Shown: positions 48,299 to 57,699, numbered from the stretch's first letter. The stretch is DNA of 64,000 bases from Roseiarcus sp. (GCA_050015935.1 JBEKAL010000001.1:7679-71678), one strand, 5' to 3'. Numbers and translations: made by a program. Notes: a model not told the origin generated them from the sequence alone.

Positions 48299-48772
48299 TC
48301 ATGCGGGCGATCGCTGCGGCGCGCTCCGGCGCTCCGTGAGCGCGCTTTGCGCGCGATCGAGGAGCATATTGGCGATCGCCACGCGGCGGTTGGCGAGTTC
48401 GCGCGGCACGTCGGGACGACGATCCGGGTGGTTGTTCCACATGAATCGACGGCGCGCCCGGTTGAGTTCGTCGTGCGTGAGCGCGCCCGTCAGGCCGAGT
48501 TCCGCGGCGATCGCTTCGGCGTCGTCGCTCGGCGCGCTCGCCATCTTGGGCGCGCCCGCGGCGTCTTGCGGCTCCGCGATCCAATCGAACGCTTGATCCC
48601 AACGCTCGGTCGGACCGTATTCCCTGCTCGCGTCGAGCTGTATCGGAGGGGCGAGGGTCGCGAATGGATGCCCGAGAGGCTTGCCGGCTCGTCCGAATCG
48701 TCGCTCCGAATCGTCGGAACGCGTCACCTCGTCCAAGACCTGGCTGAAGGTCGAGTCGTTCCGCCGCCCCAT
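48299..48772 (-). CDS. orphan J-domain protein (DnaJ-like HPD motif, no other DnaJ domains)
   Basis: C-terminal AELGLTGALTHDELNRARRRFMWNNHPDRRPD...ANRRVAIANMLLDRA has the helix II - HPD - helix III J-domain layout. ATG 48772 chosen; a TTG at 48802 would overlap the upstream GGDEF stop. Confidence 0.6.
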   Translation of the reverse strand: MGRRNDSTFSQVLDEVTRSDDSERRFGRAGKPLGHPFATLAPPIQLDASREYGPTERWDQAFDWIAEPQDAAGAPKMASAPSDDAEAIAAELGLTGALTHDELNRARRRFMWNNHPDRRPDVPRELANRRVAIANMLLDRAQSALTERRSAPQRSPA

Positions 48773-48798
48773 GGATTCCGGCCCGGCGAAGCCGCTTT

Positions 48799-49839
48799 TC
48801 AATATTCGACCTCAGTTTCGGTCTCGCCGGCGACGTCGACCAAGACCCGGTTCCTTCCACTCGATTTCGCTTCGTAGAGCTTAGCGTCGGCGCGCCCGAT
48901 CAAGTCCTCCGCGGACTCGCTGGCGTTCAATCGCGCGACCCCGAACGAAGCGGTGACGGCGCCGATGGGCTCGCCGCTCGCGGCGACCACCCATTGTTTG
49001 CTCTCGAGCTGCTTGTGAATTTGGTTTACCGTCAGGCTCGCGTCGGCGAGCCGGGTGTCGGGAAAAAGGATCGCAAACTCCTCGCCGCCGAATCGCGCCG
49101 CCTTGTCCGGGTCCCTGATGTTCCTCATCAACAGTTCGGCGAACAATTTCAGCACCGTATCGCCGGCGACATGCCCGAATTTGTCGTTGATCTTCTTGAA
49201 ATGATCGATATCCGCGATCGCGACGCACAACTCGCCGCCAAAATCGCGCGCTCTTTCGATTTCCTCCGCCAGAGCGTTGTCGAAGAAGCGGCGGTTGCCC
49301 AGCCCGGTCAGCCCATCGCGATTGCCGATTTCCTCGGCCTTGCTGAGGCTCGAGCGCAAGCGCAAGATTTGGAATCGCGAGTCCTCGAGTTTTTCCGATA
49401 AGGCGTTGATCTTGTTTTGCATCGCGCGATTGTCATTGATCAGCGTCAGGACGATCTCGTGGATCGTCTCGTAGGAATCGCTTCGCGAAAGTTTCCGATC
49501 CGCGCCCGCCAAAGAATCGTGGAACTTCGCGCCCTCCACAACCTGTTCGCGGATCAGCTCGAGAACATGCGCGAGCGTCGCATCGACGGTCTGTTCGAAA
49601 TCTAGACGCTCCATCGCCGCTGCGGCCGCGCGCGCCTGGCTCTGATCGGATCTCGAGTTTCGCGCAGACGTCGCTTCGCCGACAACGAGGCCGATCGTGC
49701 TGACGCAAATCAAGCCGAGCACGTAAGCTTCAGCCAGGGGATTGCTTCGCGACTGCGCGGCGCTGAGCGCGCTAAGGACGATAAAGGCGAGCGCGCCGCC
49801 AAACTGAAGCGATCGCCTGGCGTTGAAGGCGAGGCTCAT
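48799..49839 (-). CDS. membrane-anchored diguanylate cyclase (GGDEF domain, GGEEF active site, RxxD I-site)
   Basis: Two N-terminal hydrophobic segments and a coiled linker. DGLTGLGNRRFF, DIDHFKKINDKFGH and RDPDKAARFGGEEF (RxxD five residues before GGEEF). Start trimmed to ATG 49839. Confidence 0.85.
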   Translation of the reverse strand: MSLAFNARRSLQFGGALAFIVLSALSAAQSRSNPLAEAYVLGLICVSTIGLVVGEATSARNSRSDQSQARAAAAAMERLDFEQTVDATLAHVLELIREQVVEGAKFHDSLAGADRKLSRSDSYETIHEIVLTLINDNRAMQNKINALSEKLEDSRFQILRLRSSLSKAEEIGNRDGLTGLGNRRFFDNALAEEIERARDFGGELCVAIADIDHFKKINDKFGHVAGDTVLKLFAELLMRNIRDPDKAARFGGEEFAILFPDTRLADASLTVNQIHKQLESKQWVVAASGEPIGAVTASFGVARLNASESAEDLIGRADAKLYEAKSSGRNRVLVDVAGETETEVEY

Positions 49840-50279
49840 TTCGCGCTCGCAACGAAACGGCGCGGAGCGAGCGGCGGGACGCGAACCGAACGCGCGAATC
49901 TGCTGATGGCCAATGCCGGCATGCGAACGCGACCCTTCGCTGTTGGCGCTTGGTCGGCCGCCATGGCTGCGACGACGCATCGCGTCGCGATGGCGCCCTG
50001 GCGCGACTGAAAGCGTCCGATTCATTCGGACCGAACGAAACTGGCGCACATTGGTTACTTTTTTGTTATTCAACGTTTCGATAATATGCAATTCCCGATT
50101 GCGCCTCGCGCCTTCGAGCGCGCTCGCTCGCGCTTCCGATTGTTCGGACGAGGGAAGCGGCGCGGCTCGCCGCCCGCCGAGTCGCCGCCTCGGCGTCCGG
50201 CGCCGCGGCGACGAATCGGAATGTTTCGGCGCGATCGGGCATCGAAACGCGCGGGCCGAGCCGGACGCGGGCGCGTTCC

Positions 50280-50900
50280 TCATTTGCAGAATTCGCGCGC
50301 GTTCCGCGTCCACTGTCCCAATCCGCTCGCGACCATGTTTCCAATGACCGTGCAAACATAAGTCTTCTGAGCCCTGGGGTTGTCGGGGCCGGCGTTGTAC
50401 CGCGCGACCGCGAGCGTCCAGTTGCCTTCCTGCTCCTCGAGCTCCTTCAAGTAATTCGCCGCGTAATCGACGTTGCGGACGGGATCGAACATTTCGCTGA
50501 GGGAATTGAAATGCGCGGCGTGCCAATGGTGGTTGATCTGCATGCAGCCGACATCGATGAGCTTGGCGCCGCGTGCGCGCTCGAACGCAAACCGCGCCAA
50601 GGCCTCGCTCAGGTTCGCCGAATGAACCGCGCGCCCGTCGACGTTCATGTCGTACGGATTCAACATCCCTTTCTGCCCGGTTTCGGTGAGGCCGACGGAA
50701 TAGAGAATGTTCAGGGGTATGCCGTTCAGGCGAGCGGCTCGCGCCATCTCCTGTTCGCAGAGTTCCGTCGTCGCGCCCCAGGCGAGGGCGACGCTAGACA
50801 ACCAGATCGCCAAAGCCGCGGCCAGAGGGCGACTGTCGCGCCGCAGCTTGACGATTCCACCGGCCCGCCGCGTCTTGACCGCGAGAGGGCTGTCGCTCAT
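50280..50900 (-). CDS. lytic transglycosylase (SLT domain), flagellum-associated by context
   Basis: LYSVGLTETGQ (catalytic Glu), VGCMQIN and AVARYNAGP motifs. Signal-peptide-like LAAALAIWLSSVALAWG. ATG 50900 chosen; ATG 50969 is also possible. Either start overlaps the fliK 3' end. Confidence 0.75.
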   Translation of the reverse strand: MSDSPLAVKTRRAGGIVKLRRDSRPLAAALAIWLSSVALAWGATTELCEQEMARAARLNGIPLNILYSVGLTETGQKGMLNPYDMNVDGRAVHSANLSEALARFAFERARGAKLIDVGCMQINHHWHAAHFNSLSEMFDPVRNVDYAANYLKELEEQEGNWTLAVARYNAGPDNPRAQKTYVCTVIGNMVASGLGQWTRNAREFCK

Positions 50901-52413
50901 TGCCTTGAGAAGGTCGGTTCGGATCGCTTTGCCCATTATCCTGGCTTCCGGATTTCCGATCTTGCGCATTGTTGCTCTCGGCGCTGGTCTGGGTCGTTGT
51001 GGTCGGCCTGATGATCAGGGTGTCGAGCGACTGAGCGCTCAAGCCCAGCCGATCGGCGATGGCGCTGCGCTCGTTCTCTATGGCGTTCAGAGTGCTCGGC
51101 TTGGCCACTTCCATCACGACCGACAGTTGGCCCTGCGCCATACGCATCTTCACCGACACGGCGCCGAGATCGCTGGGTTCGAGGTCGATCTGGAGTTCCT
51201 TGACCGGTTGGGCGCTTGCGGCGGCGGTCGTGGGCGCCGAGCTGGAGGGCGCCGTCTGCGAAGTCAGCCCGCTCGCTTCTGCGGCGAGGCGGTCGGCCAG
51301 TTGACTCAACGCGACCGGACCGACGCCGGCGATGGCGGGATTGCCCCCGACGTTGAGGACGCCAGACGAAGCGGCGAGGCCGGTCGCGGCCGGCCCAGCG
51401 CCGGCGGACGGGTCGGCGAGCGAGGCGCTCGGCGATCCGTCGCGGCCCGAAGCCGACCGTTTCTCGGACGGCGTCTCGTCGCGCATCGACGTCGAGGCGG
51501 CGGTGTCGCCGCCGACGGTCGCCGCCGCGCCGGGCTCGGCCGCGACCACCCCGTCCGCGGCGGAGCGCGCCTGCGACCGCGAGATCGGATTCTTCGCTTC
51601 GCTTTGCGCGGCGCCGTCGAACCCGAGATAAGTGCGGGATCGTACGGCGCTGACGCCCAGAGAGGCGTCGCCGTTCGCCGCCATTTGAATCGTCACCGGC
51701 CCGTCGAACGCGCCCGCAAGCGCGAAGTTCGCCCCCGCTCCATTTTGCGTGGCCGGCGCAGGCGCCGCCGCGGCGGAACCGCCGGTCGCCTGATCGGCGC
51801 TCATGTCCGCGCCGCGTCCCGCTAAGGCGCGCAGCAGCGCGCCGGCGGGGGTCGTCGACCCGTTCGCGGCGGCTGCGTTCGATCCGGAGGCGCCTGGCTG
51901 CGCCGCGCTCTCCCCGCCCGCGCTTCGCGCGACGAATTGACCGAACGCCGTGGCCGCGGGCGAAGCGAGCGCGCCATAGAGGAGCCCCGCGAGCACGGAG
52001 TTCGCGTCCGCCCCATTTTGCGTGGCCGGCACCGACGACGAGACTGCGGCGGTCGAATCGTCGGCCGATTGACTGGAACTCGCGCTCGCGCCGCGTCCCC
52101 CTGAGGCGCGCGACGCCGCCCCGCCGAAAGCCGGCGAAACGACCGCGCCATAGACGAGCCTCGCAAGTCCCGAGTCGATCGAAGGCGATTCGTTCGCTTT
52201 CGACGTGCTTTCGCTCGACGAACCTTGATCTTGCGGGCTCGCGGCCGCTGGAGTCGCCGCGGCGTGCGCATCCGGTTGAGGGTCTTCGCCGGCGAGCGCG
52301 TTCACCATCTCGGTGAATTTCGAGCCGCCAGCCGACTGCCCGCCGAGATCGCGGGAATACTCGGCCGGCGGCGGCGCGCTAGCGAGCGAAGCGTTCAGCG
52401 CCGGAAGGCTCAT
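50794..52413 (-). CDS. fliK: flagellar hook-length control protein FliK (MotD)
   Basis: Ala/Ser/Gly-rich low-complexity N-terminal two thirds. C-terminal Flg_hook-like LQIDLEPSDLGAVSVKMRMAQGQLSVVMEVAKPSTLNAIENERSAIADRL. motB-motC-fliK gene order. Confidence 0.8.
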   Translation of the reverse strand: MSLPALNASLASAPPPAEYSRDLGGQSAGGSKFTEMVNALAGEDPQPDAHAAATPAAASPQDQGSSSESTSKANESPSIDSGLARLVYGAVVSPAFGGAASRASGGRGASASSSQSADDSTAAVSSSVPATQNGADANSVLAGLLYGALASPAATAFGQFVARSAGGESAAQPGASGSNAAAANGSTTPAGALLRALAGRGADMSADQATGGSAAAAPAPATQNGAGANFALAGAFDGPVTIQMAANGDASLGVSAVRSRTYLGFDGAAQSEAKNPISRSQARSAADGVVAAEPGAAATVGGDTAASTSMRDETPSEKRSASGRDGSPSASLADPSAGAGPAATGLAASSGVLNVGGNPAIAGVGPVALSQLADRLAAEASGLTSQTAPSSSAPTTAAASAQPVKELQIDLEPSDLGAVSVKMRMAQGQLSVVMEVAKPSTLNAIENERSAIADRLGLSAQSLDTLIIRPTTTTQTSAESNNAQDRKSGSQDNGQSDPNRPSQGNERQPSRGQDAAGRWNRQAAARQSPSGRGFGDLVV

Positions 52414-53588
52414 GGGTTTCCTTTCTCGGCGACGCCCGCCAGGGCGGCGCTGCGGCTCATCACGGCCTCTGCGAGGGCGATCGTCGCCGCCGCTTCGTCG
52501 TCTCCGCCTGGCGGCGCCGGCGACGCTTGCTCGGGCGCCGGATCGACCTGGGCCGGCGGTTCGCGCAGATACGCGGCGACGCTGCGAACCGCCCCCAACA
52601 GAGCTTCGTCGGACTTGTCCAATTTCGACTGGACGACGCTTTGTAATTCCGCGGCGCCGCTGTCGTATTCGGGAGTGAGGATTCGCGCGGCCGCTTCGTA
52701 GAGCCTGCCGCGCGCCTCGTCCGCGCTGTCGCTCGGGGCTTCCCGCAGCGCTTCGCTCGAGGCGGCGCCGGCGACGGCGAATTTGCCGTTCAGCGCCTCG
52801 GCCCGCGCGATCGTCAGCAAGAAGCCGCGCCGGATATCGGGCGTCAGCGAAGAAAGAAAAACGTGAAATTTTTGCAAACTCGGGAGAGCTTCCGTCAGGC
52901 CCGCTTGCACGACGGCCGCCGCCAAGCCTTGCATGAAATTGTCCGCGTAGACGGAGCGCCCGAAGCGCGTCGCATATTGTCGGGAAAGCGAAGCGACGCG
53001 ATCGATGTCGCGCTGGTCGTTGGCGAGCAATATCTCGCGTCTCAATGCGGCTTCCTCGACCAGGCAGCCGGGGGCCAACAGACGCGCAAGATCAAGGAGA
53101 GCCATCGCCTTCTTCTCATCCCGCGAAGTCTCGAGAACGGATTGCGCGAAGGCGACTTGGCCGGCGAGCCTGAGATCGAGCTTGCGAGGATCGACGCCGC
53201 CCAAAAGCGCCTTCGCGTCGGCTTCGTCGCCCAGGACATAGGCGATGGCGCCGCGCATGAGCGACATTTCGCTCTTGGGAACGTCGCCGCTCTGCAGCAG
53301 TTGCACGATATCGCGTGGCTGACCGCCGCTCAGCAGGTAAATGACCGCGGCGTCGGTCTCGCTCTTGGATTGCCAGACCTCCGGCTTCGCGACCGCGATC
53401 GCCGCGCCGATCGCGTTCAGGCGCTCTGATTGAGCCGCGAAGGCCGATTTGTCGCCCGACGCGATTTGGACCTGCAGGGTTTGCAGGTCGGCCGCCATCG
53501 CCGAAATCGATTGTGCGCTCGCCGGCGCCGATGCGCCGACCGCCAGCGTCAGAAGGGCGAGCGCGTTGACGAGGGGCCGGGTCTTCAC
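52410..53588 (-). CDS. motC: periplasmic motility protein MotC-like
   Basis: Signal peptide, 392 aa helical protein. Sits between motB and fliK as in the Sinorhizobium motB-motC-motD arrangement. Overlapping start/stop on both sides. Assignment is largely by context. Confidence 0.65.
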   Translation of the reverse strand: MKTRPLVNALALLTLAVGASAPASAQSISAMAADLQTLQVQIASGDKSAFAAQSERLNAIGAAIAVAKPEVWQSKSETDAAVIYLLSGGQPRDIVQLLQSGDVPKSEMSLMRGAIAYVLGDEADAKALLGGVDPRKLDLRLAGQVAFAQSVLETSRDEKKAMALLDLARLLAPGCLVEEAALRREILLANDQRDIDRVASLSRQYATRFGRSVYADNFMQGLAAAVVQAGLTEALPSLQKFHVFLSSLTPDIRRGFLLTIARAEALNGKFAVAGAASSEALREAPSDSADEARGRLYEAAARILTPEYDSGAAELQSVVQSKLDKSDEALLGAVRSVAAYLREPPAQVDPAPEQASPAPPGGDDEAAATIALAEAVMSRSAALAGVAEKGNP

Positions 53589-54820
53589 GGTTTCGGTTCC
53601 CGCAGCAGGATTTCGATGCGTCGATTTTCGGCGGCGAAGGGATGGCTCGGATCCCTCAGGCGGTGGTCGGCGTAGCCTTCGATCCGCTCGAAGCGACTTT
53701 CCGGGAGGCCGGCTCGCGTGAGCATGTAATAGGCCACCTGGGCTCGCGCCGAAGAAAGTCGCCAGTTGTCATAGGTCGCCGACTTGTAGGGGTGAGCGTC
53801 GGTGTGTCCGCGCACGACGATCATGCCCGGGCGGCTTTTCAGGCTGCGGGCGATCGCGTCCATCGCCCGCAGCACTTGGAGCTGAGGCTCCGCCGAACCG
53901 ATCGCAAACATGCTGAAGTTCAGACGGTCGGTCAGGCTGATGAGCAACCCCTCGTCGGTCGATTTCACGTCGATGGCGGGGCCGAGGCGCGACGCCCCGA
54001 GCGCGCCGACCTGCAGCTCCAACTCCTTCTGCAAGCGCGCGGCCGTCGCCGCGGGAGGCTGCGCCTCGGATGCGGTCGGGCCGCTCGAAGGCGGGGCGGC
54101 CATTGCTGATTTGGCGTTCTCGTCCGGCGGCGGCGAAGCGGCGCTCGGGGTCGGCGGCGATTTGCCTCCCCCCGCCTCGAGCGCGTCGGTCTCGACTTCG
54201 GGTCCGACCCGCCTGAACGGATCGCGAAAAGCGTCGGGGTCCGCCGGTCCCGTCTCGGTCGCGGTTTTCGTCATTTCGCTGTGCGCGATGGCGCGCATGT
54301 CCGGCGACGACGCCCCGGCGATGACGTCGAGACTGCGATAGGGGTCGCTGAACAGAACGCCCTCGGACATCGTGGGCTTTGGATTGGCCGGGTCCACCAC
54401 CTCGGCCGCAGCGCTATTTCCGCGGCGCTCGACCTTGTCGGCGTCCGCGCTCTGCGACGCCTCGCTGCTCTTGGCCGCGGCCGGCTCGTCGTCCTTCGTC
54501 TTCGTGCTTTCCTGCGGCCCCGCGGCCCCTTGCGCCCCTTCGTTCTTGGCGTCCTCGACGTCGACCATGGACGAGACGTCGCCGGCGTGGATGCTCTTGG
54601 GCGTCCTCGCGGACTCCTCCAACTTCACCGGATTGAAATATCTGGCGATAATGGTTTTCGTGTCCTTGTCGGTCGCGTTGAGGATCCAAAGCACGAGGAA
54701 GAACGCCATCATCGCCGTCATGAAATCGGCGAACGCCATCTTCCAAGCGCCGCCGTGGTGCCCCTCATCGTGGCTCGCGCGGCGCCTGACGATGATGACT
54801 TCCGGAGCATGATCGTCCAT
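53585..54820 (-). CDS. motB: flagellar stator protein MotB (long linker, OmpA-like C-terminal domain)
   Basis: HHGGAWKMAFADFMTAMMAFFLVLWI (TM segment with the conserved Asp). C-terminal VRGHTDA.P......NW.LS..RA......L OmpA-like motif. Confidence 0.9.
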   Translation of the reverse strand: MDDHAPEVIIVRRRASHDEGHHGGAWKMAFADFMTAMMAFFLVLWILNATDKDTKTIIARYFNPVKLEESARTPKSIHAGDVSSMVDVEDAKNEGAQGAAGPQESTKTKDDEPAAAKSSEASQSADADKVERRGNSAAAEVVDPANPKPTMSEGVLFSDPYRSLDVIAGASSPDMRAIAHSEMTKTATETGPADPDAFRDPFRRVGPEVETDALEAGGGKSPPTPSAASPPPDENAKSAMAAPPSSGPTASEAQPPAATAARLQKELELQVGALGASRLGPAIDVKSTDEGLLISLTDRLNFSMFAIGSAEPQLQVLRAMDAIARSLKSRPGMIVVRGHTDAHPYKSATYDNWRLSSARAQVAYYMLTRAGLPESRFERIEGYADHRLRDPSHPFAAENRRIEILLREPKP

Positions 54821-54829
54821 GGCGCCGCC

Positions 54830-55624
54830 TCAGACGACGAGCGAAGCGACGAGATCGGCCCACGGCTGCAACTCCGACCTGATCGTCGTGCGCTCCGCCT
54901 CGATCGTCGCTTCGACGCCGTCTTCGACGACAAACTCGACATCGACGGAAAGGAGGGAAACGCGATCGCGCAACGCCCCGAGCAGACGTTCAGGGCCGCG
55001 GATTTTTATCAAACCGGGCGATCCGCCGGCGCGGAGACGCGCGATATTGTCGCACAATTCGTCGACGACCTGTTTGGACAGCTCACTCGTGAGAAAGGGC
55101 GCGAGAATGCGCGCCACGGTCGCGGCGATTCGCTGTTCGATCTCGCCGAGCGCTGTCGCGATCACGTCGGCGAGTTGGGCGTATTCGTTCAGCTGAAAGT
55201 CGAGCCGCTCCATCAACGCCCGTTCTTGTTGACTGGCCTGTTCTCGGGCCCACGATTCGGCGTCTTCGGCGCGCGCGGCGGCCGACCCATCGTGCAGGCC
55301 GCGATCATAGGCTTCGGCGATGCGCGCCTCGACGTCGGGAACGGGCGGCGTCTCGCGCGACCGCGACGGCGCGGCCTCGCGGCTCGATGATCGTCCGTTC
55401 GAAGCGGCGCGTTCTCGTCCCGCCTCGAGCGTGCGCGAGCGCGCGGCCATCGCCGCCTCTCGCAGCGCCCAGCTGAAGGCGAGCGCACTGTGCGGCTCCG
55501 GGTCCGGAACCACACGGACGGCGCGCAGTCTGAACGGCGAGGCGTCCCGGCGCGGCGATTGGGCGTCGGCTTGCGCCACCCGCCCAATATGATCCAGGTA
55601 TTGCGCAATCGGCACCGGTTTCAT
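54830..55624 (-). CDS. FliH-like flagellar assembly protein (putative)
   Basis: ATGA overlap with the fliF stop. Central charged helical region (AEAYDRGLHDG...EQASQQERALMERL) and a C-terminal domain. Assignment by position and architecture. Confidence 0.5.
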   Translation of the reverse strand: MKPVPIAQYLDHIGRVAQADAQSPRRDASPFRLRAVRVVPDPEPHSALAFSWALREAAMAARSRTLEAGRERAASNGRSSSREAAPSRSRETPPVPDVEARIAEAYDRGLHDGSAAARAEDAESWAREQASQQERALMERLDFQLNEYAQLADVIATALGEIEQRIAATVARILAPFLTSELSKQVVDELCDNIARLRAGGSPGLIKIRGPERLLGALRDRVSLLSVDVEFVVEDGVEATIEAERTTIRSELQPWADLVASLVV

Positions 55625-57279
55625 GTGTTCGCTCCCTGGCGAATCCACTGTCTCAGAATCGCCGCCGCAACTTGTTCGTCAAACTCAACCAACTTCTGAA
55701 GATGACGCTGCGGACTCTTGTCTTTGCGCGCGAGCAAAGTCTCAAGAAGCTCGTCGCGCGTGTCTTTCGCGTCGATCAAGAAATTCTGATCGGACGGGGC
55801 CGCGCCGTCGAGCGCGGTCATCGGGGCCGGCAACTCGCCGAGCGGCACTAGGGCTTCTTGCGATTGCCCGGACGGCAGCGCGAGAAGCGCCTTGGTCGCC
55901 GGCCTGAGGCCGAACCAAAGCAACATCAGCGCAACCAGGACGATGGCGCCGGCGCTGACGAAGGAGCCGGACTGCCGAAGCGCGAGCTCCATGAAAGAGG
56001 GCGGCTCGACCGGCGCGAGGTCGCGGCCACCGTCGGCGAAATCGACAACGGCTATCTTGACCGTGTCGCCCCGGTCCTTGCGCAACCCCGCCGCCGTGGC
56101 GACGAGCTGTTCGATTTCCTTGATCTGCTTGTCCATGGCGTCGGGCGCCGCCTTGTCGCCGAGCGAAGCGGCGAGCGCCGAACGGTTGACGAGAACCGCC
56201 ACCGAGAGCCCGTCGACGACGAAGCCGGCGCTCGTCGTGGTGACCGACTTCGAGGAAATCTCGTAGTTCGTGAGCTCCTCGCGCTTGTCGGTCTCGTCGT
56301 TCGACTGCTTTGTTTCGGTCGGCGCCGGTTTCGTCTTCGGCAGATTCGCGTCCACTCCGGCGGGCGGCTGGCCGGCGGCGTTCTGAGAATTCTGACGCTC
56401 CTTGACCACCCGCACCGAGCGCTCGGCGCGCGAATCGGGGTTGTAGATCGTCTCGTTCGTTTGCGTCTTGTCGGCGTTGAGCCGCGCCGCGACGCTGACC
56501 TGGAAGTTGTGCAGGCTCAAATACGGCGCCAGCGTCGAGGTGATTTTTTCGCGGATCTCCTGCGAGACGTCCTTTTCCAACGCGAGCAAATTATCGGGAG
56601 ATTTCTCGACCGAATCGGGACCGGCGGCGAGCAACCGACCGTCGACGTTGAGCACCGTCACTTCGTCGCTCTTCATGTTGGGGATCGCGGCCGCCACGAG
56701 ATGGCGGATCGCTTGACCGGCCATGCGATCGTCCGCGCCGTCGGTGCGAATGATCACCGAGGCGGACGGGGCCTGCCGCTCGCGACGGAACGAGCCTTCG
56801 TCGCTCATGACGATATGAACGCGCGCGGCCTTGACGCCGCGCATCATCTGGATCGTGCGGGCCAATTCGCCCTCGATCGCGCGCACGCGCGTGACCTCCT
56901 GCATGAACGAGGTGAGGCCGAGCGAGCCGAGCTTGTCGTAGAGCTCGTTGCCGACGCTGCCGCTGTGCGGCAGCCCTTTCTCCGCCAAGGTCATGCGCGC
57001 GAGCGCCGCCTGACCGACCGGGACCATGACGGCGGCGCCGTCGGCTGTCACGTCGAAGGCGATCCCCGCTTCTTTGAGCGTCGACCCGATGCCGACCACG
57101 TCGTCCCGATCCAGCCCGGAATAGAGCGTTTCCATGGTCGGGCGGCTGAGATAGTAACCGCTGAATCCGGTCGCCGCGAACACGGTCGCCCCGATCATGG
57201 CGAGCGTCGCCAGACGCTTTGCGCCCAACGCAAGAAGATTCGCCCAGAGTCGCGTGGCTTGCGCCAATGCGTTGTTCAT
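55621..57279 (-). CDS. fliF: flagellar MS-ring protein FliF
   Basis: TM segment, then YSGLDRDDVVGIGSTLKEAGIAFDV...GLPHSGSVGNELYDKLGSLGLTSFMQ.V...RA.EGELARTI. Start trimmed to ATG 57279. Confidence 0.95.
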   Translation of the reverse strand: MNNALAQATRLWANLLALGAKRLATLAMIGATVFAATGFSGYYLSRPTMETLYSGLDRDDVVGIGSTLKEAGIAFDVTADGAAVMVPVGQAALARMTLAEKGLPHSGSVGNELYDKLGSLGLTSFMQEVTRVRAIEGELARTIQMMRGVKAARVHIVMSDEGSFRRERQAPSASVIIRTDGADDRMAGQAIRHLVAAAIPNMKSDEVTVLNVDGRLLAAGPDSVEKSPDNLLALEKDVSQEIREKITSTLAPYLSLHNFQVSVAARLNADKTQTNETIYNPDSRAERSVRVVKERQNSQNAAGQPPAGVDANLPKTKPAPTETKQSNDETDKREELTNYEISSKSVTTTSAGFVVDGLSVAVLVNRSALAASLGDKAAPDAMDKQIKEIEQLVATAAGLRKDRGDTVKIAVVDFADGGRDLAPVEPPSFMELALRQSGSFVSAGAIVLVALMLLWFGLRPATKALLALPSGQSQEALVPLGELPAPMTALDGAAPSDQNFLIDAKDTRDELLETLLARKDKSPQRHLQKLVEFDEQVAAAILRQWIRQGANT

Positions 57280-57501
57280 TTCATCCGCGCCCGCGCTCCG
57301 CCAAGAGACTCGGAACGGGTCCCCGACTTGTTCGTTCGCGGGATCCGCCCTGATGCGTCGCGCCACTGTTAACGCCGGAGCTTGCGCGGACATTGCGTTC
57401 GCGCGCCGTTGATTTCGCCTGGGCGGATCCGGGCCTCGGCCGACGCCTTCGCGCGCCTTTTCGCGGCTGGGCGACGTAATTTTTTGCGAATTCCGTCAAC
57501 C

Positions 57502-57516
57502 TTTACACAATCTTAA
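57502..57516. promoter_or_regulatory. near-consensus CtrA-type box (TTTA-N7-TTAA) in the fliF / flagellin divergent region
   Basis: tttacacaatcttaa, one mismatch to TTAA-N7-TTAA, about 225 nt upstream of the fliF start. Confidence 0.25.
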
Positions 57517-57699
57517 TAGGTTTGAGGCAGGGTGCGCTGAGCTAGGTAGGCGCCGGCCGCGATTCGCGGCGGCCAGTCTTGGCGTCACACGACGATTAAG
57601 CTCGGCAAATCGGGCTTAAAGGCATAACGCCGCCTCGTCGTCTCGGTGCAAGTCCGAAATGTCACAAGGTTTCGTGATTTGACGGGCAGGAGCACCATC

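Noticed and set aside
55858-57372. 504-aa plus-strand ORF antisense to fliF
   Set aside because: It is a shadow frame of fliF with no motifs and Arg/Asp/Gly-rich composition.
57560-57699. Searched for sigma-54 (TGGCAC-N5-TTGC) and sigma-28 (TAAA-N15-GCCGATAA) promoters upstream of flagellin
   Set aside because: Only weak partial matches exist (ttggcgtcacacgacga, cttaaagg...). Neither meets the consensus spacing, so no promoter feature was called.
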